64,000 bases of DNA from Ignavibacteria bacterium (lineage in GTDB: Bacteria; Bacteroidota; Ignavibacteria; Kapaibacteriales; Kapaibacteriaceae), in assembly GCA_947458785.1 (NCBI GenBank), contig CANGZU010000001.1, positions 4,269 through 68,268 of the forward strand. Reading direction: 5' to 3'. A model generated the notes under the pieces. That model saw only the letters and a program-made list of their open reading frames with translations, made no database searches and was not told the origin of the DNA. The position numbers and the translations under genes were made by a program. Each line of letters starts with the position of its first letter. Positions within the stretch are counted from its first letter, which is position 1. This document shows positions 57,576-64,000 of the stretch, piece after piece.

Positions 57576-58115
57576 TTACTTACCAGCAGACTTACCAGCC
57601 TTGCGACGAACGTATTCACCTTCATAGCGAATACCCTTGCCCTTGTAAGGCTCTGGTGGACGAAGCTTGCGAACCTTGGATGCTACTTCTCCCACGAGGT
57701 GCTTGTTTATGCCCTTGACCGAAAACGCCGTAGGCGTGGCAACAGCAAACTCAACACCGTCTGGCGGCATAAATAGAATTGGGTGAGAATAACCAAGGGA
57801 AAGGAGTAGATTCTTGCCACGCAATTCGACCTTGTATCCAACACCTTCAATTTGAAGGTTCTTTGTAAATCCGTTGGCAACACCCTCTACCATCCAAGCA
57901 ATGTGAGCACGTGTCAGTCCGTGCAAAGCACGAACCTTCTTGTCTTCACTGTTGCGAGAAAACGTAATCGTGTTACCTTCCGTTGTTGGCGCGATGGCAT
58001 CGCTCATGTTGAAGTGAAGTTCGCCCTTAGGCCCCTTTACTGAACATGTACCCGCGTCGAACTTGACGCTAACACCACTCGGTACAACTATTGGCTTTTT
58101 TCCTACTCGAGACAT
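57576..58115 (-). CDS. rplF: 50S ribosomal protein L6
   Basis: MSRVGKKP, LGYSH, PEPYKGKGIRY. Confidence 0.98.
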   Translation of the reverse strand: MSRVGKKPIVVPSGVSVKFDAGTCSVKGPKGELHFNMSDAIAPTTEGNTITFSRNSEDKKVRALHGLTRAHIAWMVEGVANGFTKNLQIEGVGYKVELRGKNLLLSLGYSHPILFMPPDGVEFAVATPTAFSVKGINKHLVGEVASKVRKLRPPEPYKGKGIRYEGEYVRRKAGKSAGK

Positions 58116-58140
58116 TGTCGTAAGCTCCTAACTTCTCTTC

Positions 58141-58536
58141 TTACCAGATTGTGCACAACACTTCGCCACCAACATTTTCACGGCGCGCTTGTTTGTCTGT
58201 CATTACGCCCCGAGGCGTAGAAACAATTGCAATGCCGAGACCGTTGCGTACGCGCGGCAGCTTGTCTACTGCAGCGTAAATGCGGCGCCCAGGCTTACTC
58301 ACACGATGAATCTCTCGGATCACCGGCTGTCCGTAATAGTAGCGCAGCTTCACCGTCAGAACACCCTGCTTGCTATCGTCCGCATGAGTAAAGTCTTGGA
58401 TGTAACCTTGATCCTTAAGGATCTCAGCAATGGCTGTCTTAAGCTTCGATGCAGGGATTTCCACGGTCTTGTGCTTTGCAGCGGACGCATTGCGAATGCG
58501 TGTGAGGAAATCTGCTATGGTATCTGTGACTGGCAT
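58141..58536 (-). CDS. rpsH: 30S ribosomal protein S8
   Basis: IADFLTRIRNA, SKPGRRIY, GGEVLC. Confidence 0.98.
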   Translation of the reverse strand: MPVTDTIADFLTRIRNASAAKHKTVEIPASKLKTAIAEILKDQGYIQDFTHADDSKQGVLTVKLRYYYGQPVIREIHRVSKPGRRIYAAVDKLPRVRNGLGIAIVSTPRGVMTDKQARRENVGGEVLCTIW

Positions 58537-58578
58537 ATTCGTCGTCGTTGGTCGTGTTCGAAAAAGTGGCCGGATTGA

Positions 58579-58848
58579 TTACCAACTGGCCTTGCGCATA
58601 CCTGGAATCTTGCCTTCAAGTGCAAGAAGACGGAACATATTTCGGCAGAGACCGAACTTACGGTAGACCCCTTTGCCACGCCCTGTGATGAGGCAACGGT
58701 TGCGTACCCGCGTAGGTGAACTGTTGCGTGGGAGCTTTTGCAAACCTTCCATGTCTCCAGCCGCCTTGAGCGCAGCACGACGTTCTGCGTACTTAGCAAC
58801 CAGTCGGATGCGCTTGTTGTTGCGAGCGATAATCGATGTTTTCGCCAT
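58579..58848 (-). CDS. rpsN: 30S ribosomal protein S14 (89-aa form)
   Basis: [25 protein letters not shown]. Confidence 0.97.
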   Translation of the reverse strand: MAKTSIIARNNKRIRLVAKYAERRAALKAAGDMEGLQKLPRNSSPTRVRNRCLITGRGKGVYRKFGLCRNMFRLLALEGKIPGMRKASW

Positions 58849-58869
58849 GACTCTTCTCGTTATTCTCTA

Positions 58870-59493
58870 TTAGTCGCGTTTACGGAATGGGAAGCCAAAC
58901 TCTTGAAGCAATGCGTATGCTTCCTCATCAGTCTTGGCGGACGTCACAAATGTGATATCCATGCCTTGGATCTTTGATACCTTATCGACGTCGATCTCAG
59001 GAAAAATGATCTGTTCCTTGATACCGATCGTGTAGTTACCGCGCCCGTCAAAACTCTTATCAGAGAATCCACGGAAGTCACGAATACGCGGAGCGGCAAT
59101 GTTGATGAACCGGTCAAGGAACTCATACATGTGCGCACGACGCAACGTTACACGTGTGCCGATGGGCATGCCCTCGCGAAGCTTGAAGTTCGCGATCGAC
59201 TTGGTCGCACGCGATACGGCTGGGCGCTGACCAACGATGAGCTCAAGTTCGTTTACTGCAGACTGCAGCATTTTAGTGTCCTGCGTTGCAGCTCCCACAC
59301 CGATGTTAATCGCGATTTTCTCAATACACGGCACCTGCATGATGCTCGAGTAATTGAATCGCTTCATCAGTGCTGGCACTACACTCTCCTTGTAGAAGGC
59401 ATGCAACCGTGCTGGTACCCGAACGTCTTCGATGTCCTCGATACGTGGGCCTTCCGGCTTGAATTGATCCCTTTTTGACGTTGTCTTAGCCAT
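58870..59493 (-). CDS. rplE: 50S ribosomal protein L5
   Basis: [31 protein letters not shown]-terminal extension. Confidence 0.97.
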   Translation of the reverse strand: MAKTTSKRDQFKPEGPRIEDIEDVRVPARLHAFYKESVVPALMKRFNYSSIMQVPCIEKIAINIGVGAATQDTKMLQSAVNELELIVGQRPAVSRATKSIANFKLREGMPIGTRVTLRRAHMYEFLDRFINIAAPRIRDFRGFSDKSFDGRGNYTIGIKEQIIFPEIDVDKVSKIQGMDITFVTSAKTDEEAYALLQEFGFPFRKRD

Positions 59494-59524
59494 GATACGT
59501 GCGTTCCTTCGTCATTCGTCTGGT

Positions 59525-59854
59525 TTATTCTTCGTTCCCTGATTCTACAGCTTTCGCCTTCTTCGTGGCCTTCTTTGCCGCTGGCTTTGAGGCCTTTACA
59601 GAAGCACGATTCGGCTTGGAATCATACTTGTCCGCAAGTTGAACATTCGAGTAGTGGATCGGACCTTCCATCTCTATAATACCACCGTTCGGGTACTTTG
59701 GAGATGGACGTACAGCCTTCTTACGAATGTTGACACCCTCGACGAGGATCCGCATCGATGTTGGTTGTACCATTAGGACGCGGCCACGCGTTCCCTTGTT
59801 CTTTCCTGCGATGACGACAACTTCGTCGCCTTTTTTAATCTTCAGCTTCATCAT
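59525..59854 (-). CDS. rplX: 50S ribosomal protein L24
   Basis: IKKGDEVVVIAGK KOW motif, VEGVN, IHYSNV. Confidence 0.95.
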   Translation of the reverse strand: MMKLKIKKGDEVVVIAGKNKGTRGRVLMVQPTSMRILVEGVNIRKKAVRPSPKYPNGGIIEMEGPIHYSNVQLADKYDSKPNRASVKASKPAAKKATKKAKAVESGNEE

Positions 59855-59859
59855 ATACC

Positions 59860-60228
59860 TCAGAGCACCTCAGGTGCGAGAGAAATAATCTTCATGAATG
59901 CGCGCTCACGCAATTCGCGAGCTACCGGTCCAAAGATGCGCGTTCCACGAGGATCGTTGTTATTGTTGATGATTACGGCAGCGTTTTCATCGAAGCGGAT
60001 ATACGATCCATCTCGACGGCGGATCTCCTTCTTCGTACGAACGATCACGGCCTTTACGACTTCACCCTTCTTGACAGCACCTGTTGGCAGAGCTGCTTTG
60101 ACTGAACAGACAACGATGTCGCCCACGCCAGCATAACGCTTGCCATGGCCTCCAAGAACACGGATACAACGTATGCGCCGTGCTCCTGAATTATCTGCGA
60201 CAACGAGGTTGGTTTCCTCTTGAATCAT
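59860..60228 (-). CDS. rplN: 50S ribosomal protein L14
   Basis: [22 protein letters not shown]. Confidence 0.98.
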   Translation of the reverse strand: MIQEETNLVVADNSGARRIRCIRVLGGHGKRYAGVGDIVVCSVKAALPTGAVKKGEVVKAVIVRTKKEIRRRDGSYIRFDENAAVIINNNNDPRGTRIFGPVARELRERAFMKIISLAPEVL

Positions 60229-60241
60229 GATTCATTCTCCC

Positions 60242-60523
60242 TTACTGCGCTCGTTCGATGATCTCCACGAGGGCCCAACGCTTACGGGCGCTCAGTGGAC
60301 GATGTTCGATGACCTTGACAACGTCGCCAATGTTGCACTCATTCTTTTCGTCGTGCGCCATGACCTTCGTTGTCTGTTTGAAGTACTTGCGATAAAGCGG
60401 GTGGGCTACTTGGCGCTCAATGCTAACCACAATAGTCTTATCTGCCTTATTGCTGACAACCTTACCAACGCGGACCTTGCGGCGCGATGCTGTTGCCTCT
60501 GTTGATGTCGTTTCTTCTGCCAT
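60242..60523 (-). CDS. rpsQ: 30S ribosomal protein S17
   Basis: [24 protein letters not shown]. Confidence 0.97.
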   Translation of the reverse strand: MAEETTSTEATASRRKVRVGKVVSNKADKTIVVSIERQVAHPLYRKYFKQTTKVMAHDEKNECNIGDVVKVIEHRPLSARKRWALVEIIERAQ

Positions 60524-60538
60524 GATATATTATCCGAT

Positions 60539-60745
60539 TCAGTTTGCGTTGCGAGTGCGCTGGTGAAGGATCGTCTTCATACGGGCGATGTCCTTACGGA
60601 GCGTCTTGATGTTTGACGAATCCTGCAATTGACCCAGTGCGAGCTGAAAACGCAGACGCGTAATGTTGTCTTCGCTTTCCTTGAGAAACGACTGGAGCTC
60701 AGTATCGGTAAGACCTACAAGGTCTTTTGCCTTACGTGCCTTCAT
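60539..60745 (-). CDS. rpmC: 50S ribosomal protein L29
   Basis: LRFQLALGQL, RKDIARMKT. Confidence 0.95.
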   Translation of the reverse strand: MKARKAKDLVGLTDTELQSFLKESEDNITRLRFQLALGQLQDSSNIKTLRKDIARMKTILHQRTRNAN

Positions 60746-60747
60746 GA

Positions 60748-61167
60748 TTAATCCTCCAAGTCTACGCGTTGGACAAACTTGCACTTGATAGGGAGCTTGT
60801 TGATCGCAAGACGCACAGCTTCTTGTGCACGTTCCTTCGACACTCCGTCAATCTCGAAGATGATACGACCAGGCCTTACTACCGCTACCCAGAATTCGGG
60901 ATTTCCTTTACCCGAACCCATTCGCGTTTCCGCTGGCTTCTTCGTTACCGGCTTGTCCGGGAAGATGCGAATCCACACCTTACCATCACGGCGTAGGTAG
61001 CGATTAATCGCAATACGCGCCGATTCGATTTGACGATTCGTGATCCAAGCCGCTTCTAGCGCCTTAAGACCGAAAGATCCAAATGCTACCGTCGATCCAC
61101 GATAGGCCTTGCCTCTACGGCGGCCACGTTGGGTTTTGCGGTGCTTAACTCGTTTTGGGATGAGCAT
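60748..61167 (-). CDS. rplP: 50S ribosomal protein L16
   Basis: [24 protein letters not shown]. Confidence 0.98.
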   Translation of the reverse strand: MLIPKRVKHRKTQRGRRRGKAYRGSTVAFGSFGLKALEAAWITNRQIESARIAINRYLRRDGKVWIRIFPDKPVTKKPAETRMGSGKGNPEFWVAVVRPGRIIFEIDGVSKERAQEAVRLAINKLPIKCKFVQRVDLED

Positions 61168-61186
61168 GTCGTTGCCTTAGCCTGAC

Positions 61187-61834
61187 TTACTGTTCCTTGT
61201 TCTGTTGCTTACCGATCACATCGCCACGGCATATCCATACCTTGACGCCGATCGAACCATATACTGTCTCTGCACGGCTCTGCGCGTAATCAATGTCTGC
61301 ACGCAGTGTGTGAAGAGGCACGCGGCCTTCCTTGTACTGTTCCTGACGGGTCATGTCGGCGCCACCAAGACGTCCCGAACACATAACACGTACACCTTCT
61401 GCACCAACACGCATTGTGCTGCTGACGGCATTCTTCATCGCTCGACGGAATGAAATGCGACCTTCCAACTGTGCCGCGATGTTATCAGCTACCAACTGCG
61501 CATCCAGTTCCGGACGCTTGATCTCGCTGATGAGCACCTTGACTTCCTTCTTGGTAAGCTTGCGCAACTCTTCCTCAAGTTGTGCAATATCCTTACCCGA
61601 GCGACCAATAATCACACCAGGACGTGATGTGTTGATCGTTACACGAAGTTGCTTCGCTGTCCGCTCTACGATGATACGTGCTACACCGGCCTTTTTGAGA
61701 CGGCTCTTGATGTAGTTGCGCACCATGATGTCTTCTTGGAGCTTTTCTGCGATGTTCTTCTCATCAAACCAGTTGGCTTCCCACTGGCGGATGATTCCAA
61801 GGCGTAGTCCTATCGGATTTGTCTTCTGACCCAC
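61187..61834 (-). CDS. rpsC: 30S ribosomal protein S3
   Basis: GQKTNPIGLRLG, RPGVIIG, PLHTLRADIDY. Confidence 0.98.
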   Translation of the reverse strand: MGQKTNPIGLRLGIIRQWEANWFDEKNIAEKLQEDIMVRNYIKSRLKKAGVARIIVERTAKQLRVTINTSRPGVIIGRSGKDIAQLEEELRKLTKKEVKVLISEIKRPELDAQLVADNIAAQLEGRISFRRAMKNAVSSTMRVGAEGVRVMCSGRLGGADMTRQEQYKEGRVPLHTLRADIDYAQSRAETVYGSIGVKVWICRGDVIGKQQNKEQ

Positions 61835-61849
61835 GTGTCTTGACTCCGC

Positions 61850-62191
61850 TTACTGTTTCGTCGAAACGATGATGGTTAAATGATGTGAACGCTTACGAAT
61901 ACGATACGCGCGCCCCATCGGAGCTGGCGAAATACGCTTCATCGTTGGACCTGGGTCCACAAAGCATTCCTTCACGATGATGGACTCTGGATCAATCCCT
62001 TGATCCTTAGCCGTCAAATTGCTTATCGCCGACTTCAACGTCAACTGAGCAACTTCTCCAGCAGCCTTATCAGAAAACTGCAGAATATTCAGTGCTTCTT
62101 GAGCCGACTTGCCACGGATGAGATCAACGACCAGACGCATCTTGCGTGGTGAAGACCTATTGTAGCGTTTGATTGCGCGTGCTTCCATCAT
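61850..62191 (-). CDS. rplV: 50S ribosomal protein L22
   Basis: SPRKMRLVVDLIRGK, GRAYRIRKRSHH. Confidence 0.97.
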   Translation of the reverse strand: MMEARAIKRYNRSSPRKMRLVVDLIRGKSAQEALNILQFSDKAAGEVAQLTLKSAISNLTAKDQGIDPESIIVKECFVDPGPTMKRISPAPMGRAYRIRKRSHHLTIIVSTKQ

Positions 62192-62197
62192 TCGTCC

Positions 62198-62485
62198 TTA
62201 CTTCTTGCCCGTTTTGAGATCTTTCCGGTTTCCAGCGTGCCCACGGTACGTACGAGTTGGCGAAAACTCACCAAGCTTGTGACCTACCATATTTTCAGTT
62301 ACGTAGACCGGAATGAACTTGTTACCATTGTGAACTGCGAAGGTGTGCCCAACGAAGTCCGGAGAAATCGTCGATGCGCGTGACCATGTCTTGATCACGG
62401 TCTTCTTGCTAGCTTCATTCATCGCATCAACTTTCTTGACGAGCTTGTAGCTAACAAAAGGCTCTTTTTTCAGTGAACGTGGCAT
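62198..62485 (-). CDS. rpsS: 30S ribosomal protein S19
   Basis: [25 protein letters not shown]. Confidence 0.98.
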   Translation of the reverse strand: MPRSLKKEPFVSYKLVKKVDAMNEASKKTVIKTWSRASTISPDFVGHTFAVHNGNKFIPVYVTENMVGHKLGEFSPTRTYRGHAGNRKDLKTGKK

Positions 62486-62510
62486 GTTCTCTTAACTCCG
62501 TGATCCTGTT

Positions 62511-63347
62511 TTACGAATTGCGTCTGCGAATGATCATATCATCCGAAGCATTCTTCTTCTTGCGTGTCTTCAGCCCCTTAGCAAGCTGACCCCATGGTGA
62601 GCGAAGGTGCTTACGACCACCGCCCGATTTCGAACGACCTTCACCACCACCGTTCGGGTGATCGATCGGATTCATCGCCATACCACGTGTTTGTGGGCGG
62701 ACGCCCAACCAACGCATACGGCCTGCCTTGCCATAGCTAATGTTCTCGTGCGAACCATTGCTAACTACCCCGATGGTTGCCATACAGACTGATGGCACCA
62801 TACGAATCTCACCTGAAGGAAGCTTGAGTTGCGCTTTGTTCCCATCGATACCGACAAACTGCGCAGATGTGCCAGCTGAACGAGCCATCTGTCCGCCCTT
62901 GCCTGGACGCATTTCGATGTTGTGCACGACGTAACCCACAGGGATCTTCGTGAACGGCAAAGCATTTCCGTCCTTAGGCTCAGCCATCTCCCCGCTCATG
63001 AGCGTCTGGCCAACCTTGATCTTGTCCGGTGCGATGATGTAACGCTTTTCCCCGTCTGCATACTCCAGAAGAGCAATACGGCAGGTGCGGTTCGGATCGT
63101 ACTCGATTGTCTTGACCGTAGCGGCGATACCAAGCTTGTTTCGCTTGAAATCAATGATACGATACATACGCTTGTGACCACCACCACGGTGACGCGATGT
63201 TACGCGGCCAGTGTTGTTACGACCACCCGATTTTTTGATCGGCTCAAGAAGGCTCTTCTCAGGCTTCGACGTTGTGATTTCGTCGAAGGTACTGATGCTG
63301 TAGTAGCGCGTTCCCGGCGTGATTGGTTTGAGATTTCTCGTTGCCAT
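62511..63347 (-). CDS. rplB: 50S ribosomal protein L2
   Basis: [28 protein letters not shown]. Confidence 0.98.
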   Translation of the reverse strand: MATRNLKPITPGTRYYSISTFDEITTSKPEKSLLEPIKKSGGRNNTGRVTSRHRGGGHKRMYRIIDFKRNKLGIAATVKTIEYDPNRTCRIALLEYADGEKRYIIAPDKIKVGQTLMSGEMAEPKDGNALPFTKIPVGYVVHNIEMRPGKGGQMARSAGTSAQFVGIDGNKAQLKLPSGEIRMVPSVCMATIGVVSNGSHENISYGKAGRMRWLGVRPQTRGMAMNPIDHPNGGGEGRSKSGGGRKHLRSPWGQLAKGLKTRKKKNASDDMIIRRRNS

Positions 63348-63373
63348 GATAATGCTTCGTTAGTCTTCTTCGA

Positions 63374-63676
63374 TTATTCTTCGTTTCCTTCGCCAGAAAC
63401 GATGTCGATCGTCTGACCTTCCTTCAATGTCACGTAGGCCTTCTTCTTGAGGTTTGTCCTACCTACCTGTAACCCCTGACGCGTATTACGTGTCTTTACT
63501 TTGCCCTTTGTTCGGACGGTGCGAACACTAACGGCATCCACATCAAACATCTGCTTGATTGCAGCACGGATCTGGAGCTTGTTGGCATCAGGTGCTACTT
63601 CAAAGACATACTGGTTTTGATGTCCAACCTTCGTAGCCTTTTCTGTGATAAGGGGCTTGCGCAATACCGTAATCAT
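63374..63676 (-). CDS. rplW: 50S ribosomal protein L23
   Basis: PLITEK, ANKLQI, KKAYVTL. Confidence 0.96.
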   Translation of the reverse strand: MITVLRKPLITEKATKVGHQNQYVFEVAPDANKLQIRAAIKQMFDVDAVSVRTVRTKGKVKTRNTRQGLQVGRTNLKKKAYVTLKEGQTIDIVSGEGNEE

Positions 63677-64000
63677 TGTGCTCCTCCTTCATCGCCGAAT
63701 GACTTCGCAATTGTGTCGATAGCGCTTTTGAAGATCAGAATCTTCGTGTGATTCAGCACGTCGTAGGCAGAGATCTTGTCCGCAGGGAATGTCGTTACCC
63801 CAGCAATGTTGCGCGCAGAACGAACAAATGTCTCGTTAGCTGCCGGCAACAACACAAGTACCTTCGAACCACCGCACTGGACGGCGTTGAGCATAGATGC
63901 CACTTCGCGTGTCTTAGGTGCCGATAGCGTGAAATCTTCAACGACAACAAGGTTGTTTTCGCGAGCACGCAGCGTTAACGCTGACTTACGTGCAAGACGC
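63673..64000 (-). CDS. rplD: 50S ribosomal protein L4, 3' part (runs off the window)
   Basis: RLARKSAL..PKT..SARNI..YDVLN; position upstream of rplW. Confidence 0.92.
   Translation of the reverse strand, partial: RLARKSALTLRARENNLVVVEDFTLSAPKTREVASMLNAVQCGGSKVLVLLPAANETFVRSARNIAGVTTFPADKISAYDVLNHTKILIFKSAIDTIAKSFGDEGGAQ

Overview
A 64-kb, gene-dense chromosomal window from a Bacteroidota/Chlorobiota-related bacterium. Candidatus Kapabacteria or an Ignavibacteria-like lineage is plausible, inferred from TAnnTTTG-type promoters, T9SS-like C-terminal domains, Bacteroidota-type RpoZ and arg genes, and a Chlorobi-like L2 insert. The right end holds the S10-spc-alpha ribosomal superoperon (rplD to rplQ, without rpsD or adk), engB and purE, followed on the same strand by an arg operon (argA-G-C-F'-B-E-H). 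The rest is mixed metabolism and envelope genes, including an arsS-type radical SAM cluster. Most notable: (1) a HEPN Abi (AbiF/Abi_2) gene with its own promoter and a structured upstream RNA, a candidate type III toxin-antitoxin; (2) an unannotated Arg-rich leader peptide (CGA-CGA-CGA) with an overlapping stem ahead of the arg operon, suggesting arginine attenuation; (3) a Cyc2-like monoheme cytochrome-porin fusion next to a CX4CH lipoprotein and a Tat Rieske lipoprotein; (4) a cobalamin riboswitch ahead of a beta-propeller with a T9SS-like tail; (5) a heptamer/REP-like palindrome inserted in frame in coaBC. No CRISPR array, tRNA, rRNA, integrase or transposase was recognised. All family calls come from motif recognition by eye; no database search was run.
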